DNA from: the human T2T-CHM13v2.0 reference genome, Homo sapiens
Assembly: GCF_009914755.1 (NCBI RefSeq)
Contig: NC_060929.1
Length of the DNA stretch: 64,000 nt
Direction: 5' to 3' (one strand)
Shown: one piece after another, positions 29,996 to 44,589 of the stretch
Position numbering within the stretch: position 1 is the first letter of the stretch
Layout of the letters: each line of letters opens with the position of its first letter
Notes under the pieces: model-generated
What the model saw: the letters and a program-made list of their open reading frames with translations, nothing else
Told to the model about the DNA's origin: nothing
Database searches by the model: none
Program-made: the position numbers and the translations under genes

Positions 29996-30949
29996 GCTAT
30001 ATTCTTCTTTAGCAGGTGGGAGTTTCAGTGTTATTGTAATTAAGGTGCAAGTGTAAATGTGACCTTCATTTTATAGTCCCGGGCTTGTGAATGCAGGCAT
30101 ATTAATCAAACATTGATCTTAAATTAGCTTTAAGCATGTAGACTAACCAAACTGCTCCCGAGATAAGGGCCAAAAATAAGTTAAGTACTTTTTATTTGGG
30201 GACGTTACCTGATTTATCTGTAACATTTGTAAGCTCCATACTTATGATTACAGAAACATGGGTACATTTTACAATATCAAAGAGGTAGCTATAATGTATA
30301 AAGAGGATTTGATTCAGGGTTTGCTCATAGGGAATTTGGTCTTGTTTCTACCATTTCTGTGGCTTCATTCAAGTCTCTAAAACTCTCTGGGCCTTTGTTA
30401 GATGAGGCACAATGACATTTGCTACAACATTATCAATGTTTTCTTTATTGTATCTGTGAGGTAATAGGGAGCCACTGAAAGTCTTCAAACAGAAGACAAT
30501 TTCCTCAAGTTGGAAAATATCTTTGAGAAAGATGAGCCCAGAAATTCTGTGTGTAACTGCCTGAAGGAACGAGAAGCCTAGTATAATTTTTCAGGCTTGA
30601 GGTAGTAAGGCCTGCTTTACCTCCTCCCCAATCAGACTAGGTTAAAGTTCCCTCCAGAATTCTCTGAAAGCACCTTGCAATTATATGTTCAATGTTTATT
30701 TTATCCACTAAACTTTACTTTGCATAATGTCAGGAACCATACCTGTCTCATTTACCATTGCATACCCAGAGCTGAACAAATATGTGCTGAATAAATGAAG
30801 GATTTGAATAAAATAGAGGAATGCAGCTGAATTCAGTAGATATTGGCTGAGAATAAGTGACAGATCTTGGTATGTGATGAAAGGAAAGAGTCATAGGTAA
30901 CTTTAAAGCTTTGAGCCCAAGTGGACAGTAAGAAAGCAGTTGGAAAGGT

Positions 30950-31850
<901 letters not shown>

Positions 31851-34800
31851 ATAAGTCAGCTCAGTTTTGGTCAGGTTTGAGTGTTAGTGGAAGACAATAA
31901 ACTAGTCATGGGTAAAAGTCATACTTGTGGATTTGACATAGTAGATGCTATGAGAGAGGGTTCATTACACAGAGAGGAAAACGAAGGGCCAAAAATGCTC
32001 TTGGTCTTGGGAAGATGTTTAGTATTTAGGGAAGAAAGAGGACCTAGCAAACTGAATGTAGGAGAGACAGTAATAGTGAAATGTCACATAGGTAGGAAGA
32101 AATTTCAAGAGCAGCATGTTTAAGAGTGTCAAATGTAGCAGCAACCAAGGAGGACGTTGGTGCAGTCCACTTGCTTAACTATGGGGTGGCCTTATAGAAA
32201 GTTGTTCAGGGCAGTGGTGATGTTAGAGTCAAGGCCGAAGTGAACTAATGGGGCCAGGGATGTCAAAATGGTGGAAGAAGGCTTCTGAGAATTCCCATCC
32301 CAGTCCAGGGCAGGGCCAGGCTTGACTTCTAGAAGAAGATGAGCCTGTTCTCAGGCCCTTTCATTCTAGCTCCACCTATGTAGCCCTCGGCTGACTTTCA
32401 TTCTGGGGGTGTGGGGTGGCAGCACAGTTTGTGTTGGGGCTGCCTCTGGGCTCTTCTGGGAAAGGGAAAATGACACTGTTAGCAGAAAACACAAGTAATC
32501 GACCAACTTGGGGAAATCTGAGGTAGGGAGCCTTTCTGCTCTCTGAATTAAAAATGGACTCTTCTATCTCATCCTGTGAGTTGAATTTTTAATGACTAGT
32601 ACAAATCCTTACTTGGTTTCTTTCTGGCCAGGCCTTATTTCTTTCAAGCCAGGAGCCCAGCTGTCCTTGCTGTTTTGTAGAGATCAAGTAGAATTCGGAG
32701 GAAATGAAATAGTAGGAAGGATTAAGCAATTGTTGGACCCCAGACAGACATTCTGAGCCTCTTGAAATACCAGCGTTGAAAGGGGGTATCATTAGTCAAA
32801 TGTGGTGTTGCCATATAGAAGCTAAATTTAATTCTAATGTAACAAATCCATAAATGAGACTGTTTCTCTTTACTCTGTCCCACCTTTCTCCTTTCATTCA
32901 GAAGATCAACCTGAAATAATTTTGTTTTATTATGAGAGCTATATAGATAAAAAAAAATAACACACAGAATATTAGGCATCTGATTCCACCAATATGGCAA
33001 TAATAATGTCTGGCTTTCTTGTCTCTCACTTTCATTATTAGTTACAAAAATTTACTTCCATCACAGAGTAATTAACATAAGTATTTCACCATCATTTTTT
33101 TTCTTTATCATTTATCCCATGTTAAAACTTCCTGGATATAAATACTATGTGTAAAAATATAGGATTAAAACCTACAGCTCTAAGAGTTTATAATCATCTC
33201 TGCAGCCTGCAGTGTGTTCATCTAACATTTTAAATAGATTTTTTCCATCATTTAAAACCAACAGGCTAAGTGCTGTGCACACTGTTGTAAAGTGTATTTC
33301 ATGCCTCACTGGGCTTTTCTGTCTTTAGCTTTCCAATGTATGTAATTTGATTAAAATTTTTGGCTGGTCAGGATAAGGAGGAATAGACAGAAATTGCTCT
33401 TAACAGAATCTCCAGTGTGCCTAGTATTATAATTGAAGCCGAAATGAACATCTTTCTCTGTAGGAAGCTAAAGAAAGTCTTTGTTCCGTTTTTACATGGG
33501 AGATCATCTGTTATTGTAACCTAGACACCTAAACCCACTCCAGATTCAAAATGTGCCATTTATAAACATGCATGCCAAGTTTCAAATGCCCTTTTTGAAT
33601 GTTTGCATAAATTTGAAGCTTGCAATGCCATGTAAAATACAGTTTCCATTGTATTGCATCTCCCACACTGCATGTGAGGTGCCTCTTTTCTCTGACATTG
33701 CTTGAATAGACGAAGCATAGTTTGACTTTGTTCAAAAAGAGGAATGTTTCTCAGCTCAACTGAAATGATTGCTAGGTATACGCTGCCAGCTTCATTTTCC
33801 CCCTTGCAGAAATGTACATTTTTCCCTATTATAAAATGTACTCATAATAGAAATGAGACAGTTCCCAGGAGTGTGATTATCCAAAGGTAATCTCAACCCA
33901 ATCTGATTAGAGGCAAGTGGCTCATGCCTCAAAATGCTCCAGGGTATGATTATTTTATGATAACCATACTCTGTATCATGTCTTATTGATTAACTAATAA
34001 AGCGTCAGCATTGCTATTTAAAAGAAAAGCTGAGAAACCAGGGGGAGGAAAACTGGTTCTGGAAAGGAAGTGATTCTTTCAGAACACTCAAACTACCTCT
34101 TTTGCGCCACCCCTTTACAATTTCAGGTGGCGCGTGAGAAGTCAGCACATGCCTATGTTAGTATCTTTGGTGATGAGCTCATTGATTTGTTAAATATGAT
34201 GCAGTTAGTTACATTTAAATGTACTCTAAATTGCTACCTCTCCCTGTTGTGAATACTGACTTTGTGAGAGCAGAATGGTATTCCTTTAAATAATGCTATA
34301 CTCTGTTCTCATCATCCAGATGACTTGATCGCACAGGTCCAGAGAGATACAGATAGAACCTGAAAAACACAGTACCTAGCTTGCCTGTAGTAGCTGTATG
34401 CTGGTCAAATCACCTAGCATTGAAGTGAGAAGAGCCTATGACTAGTAGGCAAATATTTTGCAGATACAATAGCTTTGGGGCTCTTACTAGGAGTGTGTCC
34501 CCTGGGACAACATTCAGACATCCACGATATTCTTATCATTCCCCAAAACTATGACTACACATCTATAGAAAAAGGTGGGGTGAGGGAATTGAAGCAATTA
34601 CCTTAGGGGACTCAATTGAACAACGTGTTTTGTCACAATTACTTTATGTTTTCTTTGTAAATATGAGGTTATGGCCTGAATTACCAAGTTCGTTTCTCCA
34701 GAATTCCATTTCCTCTTCCTATGTAGACACAGCTAATATATTCAAATTGAAATATGTTCCACAAGTAATAGTGCCCAGCTCTAGTTCTTGATGATGTATC

Positions 34801-35789
34801 TTTCTGATAAAATTTAACTGTCTGAGAAGTAGAATTTAGTCAGTCCTATTATAATTGGTCAAGAGTTACCAGGTGCTAGTCAGGAGCTCTTTCCCTCCTC
34901 AATTCATTTCCTTGGCTATACATTATTGATGTCATCTGAGCAGAATAACACTTTGAGAAGATATACATAAGGTTAGCTTAATTTATACAAGTCTGCTTTA
35001 AGTATCCCACTATTCACAGAGCCAGTGGTATTTTTATCTTCAAAATCCAAACCTGCTAGAATGGAATTTCTGCTAATTTCCCAAAGAACATTTCACCAGA
35101 ACCTCTATCTTTAAGTTCTAAGTTTAGTGTTTGCCTCAGAAGCCATCTGAACTACTTTCAAATGACCCTTAAAACTGATCAAACTGATCACATAACACAC
35201 ATCTTCCTATTAGCCCGATGTGCTTCTCTCCTTTTCTAAAACAGGATTTTACTGCCCATCTCTTTTTTCTTCTGATAGTACCTTCCCCCCACCCCACCAT
35301 TAGACTTTCTGTTTGTTTGTGTTGTTTGTTTCTGCTGGATAAACACACTTGCTCTAAATTATCTTTGGCACTCTTGCTCAGCAGGACATGAAGACTCTGC
35401 CTTCTAGCCCCTAGCAATTAAGGGACCCTGGGAACCTTAAAGACTGATGATGGCATTTGTCCTAAGAAGAGTTGTGCAAGAAGAGCTTCCCTCACTCTTC
35501 ACTGGAGAGTAGAGAAAAGAGCCAACCACTCTGCTGGTTCTGACCTTCTTCTCAGACATTAGTGCTATTTCCTGCTATTTCCATGCTTTTCAACATGGAT
35601 GAGACATCTAACATTCTCATGTTTTTCTTTCCTGCTTGCAGTTACTTCAGGTATTTGTTTTTTACAATGAGGAGCAGAAATAACTTAGACAGATGAAGAC
35701 ATGAAAGATGTTGTATGCCCTCCTATCTTATCTTTTCATATCTGTGTTTCTGGCTATCTTTTTGGGCTGTGTAGTTTGGTAAGCCCCCA

Positions 35790-36100
35790 TTCAAGTCAGC
35801 ATGGGCTAAGTTATGCCACAGTAACAAACAACCATACAATTATAGAGTTTTAAAATAACAAAGACTTTATTGACACTACAGGTCCATAATGAGAGAATAG
35901 GATCCACCCCACATGTCTTCACTGTAGACCCAGGTTATCAGGAACACTGCTGTGCACTATAGCAGAGAGAAAGAGAGCTCTGGAGAGTCTTGGATTGGTC
36001 AAGTGCTGTGGCCCAGAAATGACACATATCACCTCTGCTTCCATCTCATTGCCAACATCATGCACATCATCCATCCAACAAGGATTACACCAAGGGCAGA
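35790..36100 (-). mobile_element. Old MLT1 (J/K-like) LTR fragment
   Basis: gtcagcatgggctaagttatgccacagtaacaaacaacc terminus motif. Confidence 0.55.
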
Positions 36101-36104
36101 CAGA

Positions 36105-36431
36105 CAAGACTCCAGTGGATGCCTGAAACTGCTGATAGTACCAAACCCTGTGTTTTTCCCATCTGACAACTGAGATGGCTGCTAACTGGCTAATGAGTGG
36201 GAGCATCTAAAGCATGGAGACACCAGACAAAGAGAAGATTCATATCCCTGGTGGGACAGACTGGGAAGGTCAGAGACTTCATCACGATACTCAGAATGGC
36301 TCACAATTTAAAACTTATGAAGTGTTTATTTCTGGGATTTTCCATTTGATATTTTTAGACCTCAGTTGACTGCCATTTACTATGGGTAACAGAGCCCTGA
36401 CAAATGAAACCTCAGATAAGAGGACTCCTGT
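36105..36431 (-). mobile_element. MER44 (TcMar-Tigger) fragment
   Basis: actcagaatggc-cacaatttaaaacttatgaa-tgtttatttctgg-attttccattt and TIR-like gataagaggactcctg. Confidence 0.75.
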
Positions 36432-36651
36432 GCAGGGCTGTCAGCATCTAGATTGGGGGATTGCTGGAAATGCTTGATGAACAGCATGAATGGCGATCAC
36501 ATGCCCTCAACCAAAACAATAGATACATCTTTTTCTATCTTAAAAAGAAGGCCTTTTGTGTCTTCTCTTACATTACGTAATAAATCCTCACAATACCTCA
36601 AAACCTTGGATTAGGCATATTTTTCTCAAATGTTAAGGCTCAGCGATAAAT

Positions 36652-37308
36652 TCATTAGTTTTCTATTGCTGCATTAGAAAGTACCCCAAACATAGTGACT
36701 TCAGACAGCATACGTCTATTATCAAAGAGCTTCCCCAGATGGGAAGTCTGGGTATGGGCTAGGTGGGCTTTCTGCTCAGGTTCTCACTTAGCTGGAATAG
36801 AGGGTCAGCCAGGGCTGCATGTCCCTTAGAGGCTTCTCATCCTCTGCTAGTCTCACTGGTCCTTGGCAGAATTCAGTTGCTTTGGGTTGCTGGAGTGAAG
36901 TCCCAGCTTCTTGCTGGTCGTTGTCTGGGAACTACTCTGGGTTCTGGGGGTGCCCTCAGATTCTTGCCATATGTCCTGTATTAGCAGTTCACAACATGAC
37001 TGTCTGCCTCTCCAGCATGAGCAGGAGAAATCTCTCTCACTTGAAATATCTGAAGTCTTGTAAGGTCTCCCTGATTAGGTTAGGCCTACTAGGCATAATC
37101 TGTCTTTTTATTAACTCAAAGTCAACTACTTAGGGCTCTTAATTACATCTGTTTATACCTTCTGCCATTCATCTTAACATATTGATATAGAGAGTGATAT
37201 TCCATTATATCCATAAGTGCCTTCACACTCAAGGGAAGGGAATTATTCAGGGCATATACACCAGAGGGCAGGAATCTTGGGGGCCATCTTAATAATTTTG
37301 CCAACACA
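36652..37308 (-). mobile_element. MLT1 (E/F-like) LTR
   Basis: attagttttctattgctgc start, aactcaaagtcaact, gggccatctta terminus; similar to 30950-31850. Confidence 0.75.
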
Positions 37309-38689
37309 GAGTCACAGAAGGGCCACATGCAATTAGAAGCCAGTCTTGAAAGCTGATTGATTTGGTGTGTTTGGGACCATCTTACTAGCTGGCTTTACAG
37401 AATAACTTGTTGTAGTGTTCAATTAATTAACAATTAGAGAGAGAGAGAGAGGAGAAAGCTGATATGAAATGGTTTGATTTGGTGCTGCAGGTAGAGAGGG
37501 CCATGAGGGCAGTGAGAAGCCAGGTGTGAATCAGATCAGCTTCCCAAGTGCCAAATTTCCAGTGCATACCCAAGCGTCACACTGTCTCTTTAACAATGAT
37601 ACGTGTGGCATTCCTAGTTGGCCCTTGATAGTGTATCTGATTATATCTCCCTTTTGATTTCTTTTTAAGGTTTACTTCTGAAAACAACACTATTATTTTT
37701 GCATGATTCTCTTCTTTTCTGGAGTGCACATTTGTTGTTCTGCTTCTTGCCCAACTGCTTAAGATGGCTCATTATTCTATAATATGTGCAGTATTGCCCA
37801 GAAGTAATTTTCCTTTTATTTTAGCCCACAAGGTAGAAAATTAAGGATGAAATACAACTTTATTTTTGCTTTTCCCAGAAAAGGTGACAAGGTAGTTTTT
37901 TCTGCCTGTTTTTCTATTAGCAGTGAAATATTATTTTGGCTGTAACATTTGCCTACTTCATCCTATTTTGGCAAAAGTTTTATGTAGAGAGACTCCTGCC
38001 CTTGTTTATGCCCAGAGGCCCATCCCAGGGTCTTGCAGGGTGGAGGGGATTTCTATGCTCAGAGCTTTGGGGACAGGGTTTCCTGCCCCTCACCATGCTC
38101 AGGTATGTCTTTGCCTGTGCTTCTTCTTTCTCTAATTGGGAGGCTTATTCTCAATCTCTCTATAACATTTCTGCTCAGGAAATACAACTTTTTAAACTGA
38201 AGAGATGAAGTGCTAATGAAGACTGGAGCATTGATAGTGTTCGCTTCTCTTCGGTGCTGAGTATGGACACACTAGTAGAAACACTGACCAAGGGGAATGC
38301 TGTACATTTTAAGAGACTTTCTCTTCCTTTCACTTCTGCCTCCTGCTGGCCTTTTTTATCCATTCCAATGTGATGGAGAATTTCAAGAACTGTAGTAGTA
38401 AAGAACTACTAGGATTAATCATTAGGTCCACTTTTATAGACCTTTTCTTCTGTTTACCTTTCACATCATTTTATGACCAATACCTAAAATGAGCTAATTT
38501 GATGAGAAAGAAACTTTTTAAGCTAAGGAACATTTAAAGAATCTGTAGAGTCCTGGAGCATCCATTTAGTATTTATTCAACACAAATTCTTGAATAAGTA
38601 CTATGCATATAGCACTGCCCCAGACACTTGAGGCATATAAGAAAGATCTGGTTTCTGCCTCAAAGAGAATAGTTGGTGGGAAGAACATA

Positions 38690-38840
38690 AATTCAGAATC
38701 AGACAGACCAGGGTTTGAATCCTTGTTCTGCTACCTGCTGGGTGTAAATCTCATGCATATTCCATATTTCCCTACGTCTCAGTTTCCTGTCTGTAAAATG
38801 GGTGTTATGAACTCTGTTTCCTTATACTGTGAACATTAAA
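38690..38840 (+). mobile_element. MIR
   Basis: agacagaccagggtttgaatcc...ctcagtttcctgtctgtaaaatggg core. Confidence 0.75.
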
Positions 38841-38859
38841 AGACTCCAGTAAGATAAAA

Positions 38860-39920
38860 AATATGTTACATCATGACCAAGTTAGGATTATATGAGAAAT
38901 GGATGAATCATTTAATATTAAAAATTCCATAAATATAATCCACCCATTAACCAATTATTAGAGAAAAGCCATATGATCATCTCAGAAGATACAGAAAGCA
39001 CATTTGAAAAAATGGTATAGTTTGGCTCTGTGTCCCTACACAAATCTCATCTTGAGTTGTAATCCCCATGTGTCAAGGGAGGGACCTGAAGTCCCCACGT
39101 GCCAAGGGAGGGAAGTGATTGGATTATGGGGGCAGTTTCTCTCATGCTGTTCACGTGATAGTGAGTGAGTTCTCACGAGATGCGATGCTTTTAAAAGTGG
39201 CAGTTTTTCCTGTGCTCACACTCCCTCTTTCCTGCCCCCTTGTGAAGAAGGTACCTGCTTCCCCTGTCACCTTCTGCCATGACTGTAAGTTTCCTGAACC
39301 CTCCCCAGTAATGCAGAACTGTGGGTCAATTAAAACTCTTTCCATTATAAATTACCCAGTCTTGGGTATGTCTTTATAGCAGGTGAAAACAAACTAATAC
39401 AAAAACTTCAATATTTAATCATGATTAAAAAGAAAACTCTTGGCCAACTCTTATGAACTTCCTTTACTAGATAAAGTACCTACCAAAAACCTGGAGTAAA
39501 TGTCTTTATTAATGATGAAATATTAGAAGCATCCATTTAAAATCAGTCCTTAGATAATAATGGTCATCTGTCACCAGTTCTTTATTTAACATTATACTGG
39601 ACTTACTAGCCAACACAGCAAGATGTGAAAAAGAAAGAAAATCATAAGAATTGAAAAGCAAGAAACATGACTCCTAATATTTATGGAGGATATGACCACC
39701 TACAAAAAAACCCAGTGCATCTTATATACAAAGAATTGGGGTTTAAAAGAGAGGTTTTTAGGCTGGTTTAATATATGATTAGTCTATAAAAACCAATTTT
39801 ATTGTATACTCTAGCAACAAACAGTTGGAAAAACATGTTTTAAAAGGTTTTTATTTATAAAGAACCTAGACGTTAATCTAACAGAATTTGCCAGGTCAAT
39901 ATGGAAAAATGTATAAAATG
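38860..39920 (+). mobile_element. Ancient L1M ORF2 (RT region) fragment
   Basis: catgaccaagt...catatgatcatctca-aagatacagaaagcacatttgaaaaa (HMIIS-DAEKAF region). Confidence 0.7.
39013..39401 (+). mobile_element. THE1D-like solo LTR
   Basis: tggtatagtttggctctgtgtcc...ctaataca; inserted in an A-run; internal duplication of tcccca(t/c)gtg(t/c)caagggaggga. Confidence 0.9.
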
Positions 39921-40234
39921 CTTTTCAAGTCCTCACCCAGCTTATATTCCACAGTCAATAATTATAACCACTTGGATTATGGGCATATGCTCAACTCCTT
40001 TGCATTTTTCCTGCTTTAACATTATGGCCTGACTAAACCGAATTCTTGGTTCTATCCAACACTTCCTCTAACCTATACTTGCAACTGCGCAATTGAATGT
40101 GCTGGAATAAAATAACACAAACTTGCTGACTGGTTTTACTTTAAATTCAGAATTGCCCATCTCAGTTGAGCCCTATGAAAGCCCTGCAATTATACTATCT
40201 TCCTTTGGTTCATCCGTGCTTCTCTTCTCTTAGA

Positions 40235-40430
40235 CAAGTGTCTTCAAAATGGATACATGACCATAGAATCACCATATGATCCAGAAATTTCACTTCTGGG
40301 TATATATCCAAAAGAATTAAAAGCAGGGGCTTAAATAAATATTTGTATACATCATGTTCACAGAAGCATTATTCAAATTGCCAAAAAGTGGAAACAGCCC
40401 AAATGTCCATGTATAGATGGATAAACCAAA

Positions 40431-40469
<39 letters not shown>

Positions 40470-41497
40470 AATATCATTCAGCTTTTAAAAGGAGTGATAG
40501 TCTGATACATGCTACAGCATGGATGAATCTTGAAGACACTACGCTAATTGAAATAAGCCAGTCACAAAAAACAAATATTATGTGAGGTACCCAGGATAGT
40601 TAGTTTCACAGAGACAAAAATGATAAGACCGGTTGCTAATGGCTGGGGATGGAGGAATGGGGAATTGTTTAATGGGAACAGAGTTTCCATTTGGGATGAT
40701 GAAAAAGTTCTGGAGACGTGTAGTAGTCACAGTGACACCACAATGTAAATGCACTTAATGCCACTGAATTGCACTTCAAAATGGCTAAAATGTTCAATTT
40801 TATGCTATATATATGTTTAATTACAATTTTAAACAAATGGATACATGAAGAATTTCTAAGAGACACGTTGGCAAGGACACTTTTAAGGGAGTCACTTTGC
40901 AAATTTACACTTTCCCCAGATTAACTTGCCTGAGAACATCTGGAATTCAGGAGTCTCCTTTCACAATTGCTTTTCTCTTTTTTGTGAAAATAGGAAAAAA
41001 ACATGCATCTTATCTGTTATGAATCTTAGTATGCTCCATGGCCCAGTGCATAAGGAATTAGATACAGGAACAATCTGAAATACTGGTATTTGTGTTAAGA
41101 AAATAAATGAGTATTATTGGGGAATATAACTATTGCAGCCCAGTTTCCTATTCTTTGCTTTTAATTAAACTGAACACAAACTAATTACATTGTAAGTTGA
41201 TATATCATTAAAAATAATTTTTAATAATAGATATAAAAATATTTGTAAAAACACTTTTTGGAAATAATATTTGTGATTTCTGCTACATAACTCAGAAGAG
41301 TTTCAAAAATTCCGTAACTTTGCTTTAACAAAAGTCGTTCTCTTCCCAGCTGGTTATATAAATGAAATTACAGCTTTTGCAATGATTTAAATTTATAATG
41401 AAAAATTTTAGTTGCCACTTAAAAAATATATGAGGAAATATCATTTTTCAAAATTATTTTAGGAGGTATGAAAGCAAAAAAATTTCGATGGTTGCTA
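40235..41497. mobile_element. Old hAT-Charlie-like DNA transposon relic inside L2
   Basis: AT-rich block with degenerate TIR-like ends (caagtgtcttcaaa ... gcaaaaaaatttcgatggttgct). Confidence 0.4.
40261..40834 (+). mobile_element. L1MB 3' end with embedded (CA)n (40432-40467)
   Basis: L1MB-type 3'UTR; perfect 14-bp TSD aaatggatacatga (40247-40260 and 40835-40848). Confidence 0.85.
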
Positions 41498-42374
41498 AAC
41501 TAGCGGACTGCTTCACATTATTTCCTCTCTTCTCAAAACACCAACTTCTCCCAGATTCTGTTAGCTGATGATCTTGCTTTTTGTTGCACTGCGAAAATGG
41601 ACACAATCAAAAATGAACCTCCTCACCACACACCACTCATCATATCTACACACCCACAAGCATCTGTACACTCACACTCCACCATCTCATCCCTCCTGTT
41701 TGTAGAGATGAACTCTCCAAGCTGTTAACTCAACCCAAGCCCTTTGCTTATGCTCCAGTCACCACCCCTCCTTGCTTGTCCCAGGGCATTGCCCAGCAAT
41801 TTACTTCTCTTCTGCATCATCCAATTTTTGCCTTTATACTGGGTCATTCTTATTAATATACAAACAGGGTGTTATTTCCTCTCATCTTAAAAACAACAAA
41901 GCCTGTCTTGATCTACTTTTCCTTCCAATGACCACCCATGTCCCTCATCTCTTTACATATAATTTTACAATTTTTAGCAGAATTCCTTGAAAGAGTTGTC
42001 TATTCTCAAGTCTTTAATTCCTCTCTCAGACCCACTTCAGTGAGGTCCCCCTCCCACTACCATTGCTCTTGTCAAGGTCAACAGAGACCTCTGCTTTGCT
42101 ATGTCCAGTGGTCAGTTCTTAGGCCTCATCTTCCTGGACCTATCCACAGCAGGTGGCACATTTAACACTCTCTCCGTGAAATCATTTTTTCCTTGGCTTC
42201 CCAGACACCATACCTTCCTGGAGTTGCTTCTTCTCAGTCTCCTTTGCTGCTTCCTGCGCGCCTATCCAGCTTCTAGAAACTGGACTAATCCAGAGTTTAG
42301 TCCCAGAGCTCTGCAAGATCTTTTCCATCTGCATGCATTCTCCAGTCATTTCATCGTCTCCTGGCTATAAACAC

Positions 42375-43035
42375 CAGCGATACCAGCTTCTCTGCCTGCC
42401 CCAGGTAATGTCTCTTTACCTCTGGATCTATTCTCCACTTTTCTCTGCCCTGGTCTCTACCCGGCAGGTTGGCTGGTATGTACTTTATCTGCAGGCCTCT
42501 GTGCCTTCTGGATTCTGGCTGGTTGTGACTAATGGTGAGTGGTGGCAAGATATCAAGGGGAAAGAGAAGAGTGATATTGAGCCTTTTTTCCCTCAGCTCC
42601 AACTGTGTGAAGACATTTAACCAAAGATAATGTCTCTCATGGGCCTCCTTGGTTTTTATTATTATTATTTTTAAATATAGGGCCTCACTCTGTTGCCCAG
42701 GCTGGGGTGCAGTGGCATGACCATAGCTCACTGCATCCCTGACCTCTTAGGCTCAAGTGATCCTCCCGCCTCAGCCTCCCTAGTAGCTGGGATTACAGAC
42801 TTGAGCCACCATGTCTGGGTAAAGCCTCCTTCTTGATCCAGTTCTCCACCTCCAAGTTCCTGTAACCCCTATCTCCCTTGTTCTTTGATATTTCAAGTAG
42901 AACACTGGTGTTCCACCGGCTCTTGTGTTTCCCTGTACCCTCACCTGTAAAAATAGTTCCTTTGTAAATAAATCCTCCTTAAATGTTCCTAATTTGAGTA
43001 TTCCACTGTTTTCTGTGGCAATCCTGAGTGATACA
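42375..43035 (+). mobile_element. LTR33-like ERVL LTR
   Basis: ctctgtgccttctggattctggctgg...aatggtgag and tttgtaaataaatcctcc...ctgagtgataca terminus. Confidence 0.6.
42653..42820 (-). mobile_element. Alu monomer (FRAM/AluJ right-arm-like)
   Basis: Single ~160-bp Alu arm in antisense with T-rich tail. Confidence 0.8.
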
Positions 43036-43312
43036 TCCAAATGTCTAGCATCATTTGGAGCCTCCCTTCTGAGCTCCAGTCTTCTCTGTCCAGCAGACTG
43101 CAGGACACCACTTCTGAGATGTCTCACAGAAACCTCAAACATCATGTCTAGTATTGAGCTCCTTGCATTCCCTGCAGCCTGGTCTGCCTCCCTTCTTCCC
43201 ATCTCAGCAAAGGCAACAACATCCTTCCTGTGGCTCAGGAATGTCTCTTGGACTAATCAGTCTTTATCGTTTCTCACACCTCACACGGTCCATCAGCAAA
43301 TCCTGTCAGAGT

Positions 43313-43735
43313 TGCTATGGTTTGGAGATGTTTTTCTCTTCCAAACCTCATGTTGAAATTTGATCCCCAGTGTTAGAAGTGGGGCCTAATGGGAGGCGTG
43401 TGGGTCATGGGGGTGGATCCCTCCTGAATAGATTAATGCCCTAATAGATTTAATGCCTTGATAGAGACTGATAGACTTCTTACTCCATTACTTCCCACAG
43501 AGCTGGTTGCTAAAGAGCCTGGCACCTCCCAGCTCTCTCCTGCCTCCTCTCTCACCCTGTGGTCCCTGCACAGGCTGGCTCCTCTTGGCCTTCTGCCTTG
43601 ATCGGAAGCAGCCTGAGGCCCCCACCAGATGCAGATGCCCAATCTTGAATTTCCCAGCCATCAGAATCATGAGCCAAATAGACCTTTTTTTCCTTTATAA
43701 ATTACCCAGCCTCAGGTATTCCTTTATAACAACAC
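43313..43735 (+). mobile_element. MST (C/D-like) solo LTR
   Basis: tgctatggtttgg...ctcatgttgaaatttgatcccc...aaattacccagcctcaggtattcc; small tandem duplication of aatagat(t)taatgcc. Confidence 0.85.
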
Positions 43736-43809
43736 AGTGCTTCTTTTCACTGGCCACTTCTCACCACCCCATTGCCACTACACTGGTCCAAGCCAAAATC
43801 AGTCTTCTC

Positions 43810-44310
43810 TGGATGAAATGGGCAAAAGCCTTGAATAAGCTTTCACAGAAGCAGAAACACAAATGACCAATGTTCACAATATGTTTAATCTCATTAATAT
43901 CAGAACAATTCAAGTTCAAATTTGCAATGTAAATCGCTAGATTTAAAAAATATCATAAGTGTCATAAGACAAAGTGTGAGTGAGGATATGGAACAAATGG
44001 AAACCCTAATGCCTGCTGTTGGAAATGCCAATTGTGCCATCATGGAGAAGACAATTTGGTATTAACCCCTAAATATGAACTTCACCATGTGTACCAGGAG
44101 ACCTGTTTTGGAATGTTTACAGCAGCACTGTTTATCATAATAACAAAATCAAACAACCCTTCTCAAAGAAACACAATTTTGAGAAGCTAGAAAGAACTCA
44201 GATGTCCATTGACTGAATGAGTAAATGAACTCATGAATATGAATAAATAAATTATAGTATATTCATACTATATAGTTTGGGGCAGTGAAAATGAACGAAG
44301 CACAGCTGCA
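43810..44310 (+). mobile_element. Ancient L1M ORF2 end / 3'UTR fragment
   Basis: aaatgggcaaaagccttgaa..., gaggatatggaacaaatggaa, aatgtttacagcagcactg. Confidence 0.65.
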
Positions 44311-44518
44311 CACTGGCTTTCTCTTCAGTCCTGCTGGCCCGTGTTGCTCACACCATACAGTTCAACTCCACAGTGGATCCAGTAACACCGTCCATCCAGT
44401 GCCAGTGTGGGCTTTCAGTGCGGCCCCAGCTCCCTTCCTCTTAAATGCCACCTCTGACTCATCCTGCTTCTGGCTTTATCCACCAAATAGTTACTGGACC
44501 TCACCTCCAACGCAGGCG

Positions 44519-44519
<1 letters not shown>

Positions 44520-44576
<57 letters not shown>

Positions 44577-44589
44577 AAGAGAAAGAGAG
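44520..44589. repeat. Compound (TG)20-(AG)n microsatellite
   Basis: Seen directly. Confidence 0.95.

Larger units (their letters stand above)
39930..43810 (+). mobile_element. Long fragmented L2 relic
   Basis: L2 motifs (agctgatgatcttgct, ccttgaaagagttgtcta, gctcttgtcaaggtca, aacctcaaacatcatgtc, catcagcaaatcctgtc) separated by younger insertions. Confidence 0.7.
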
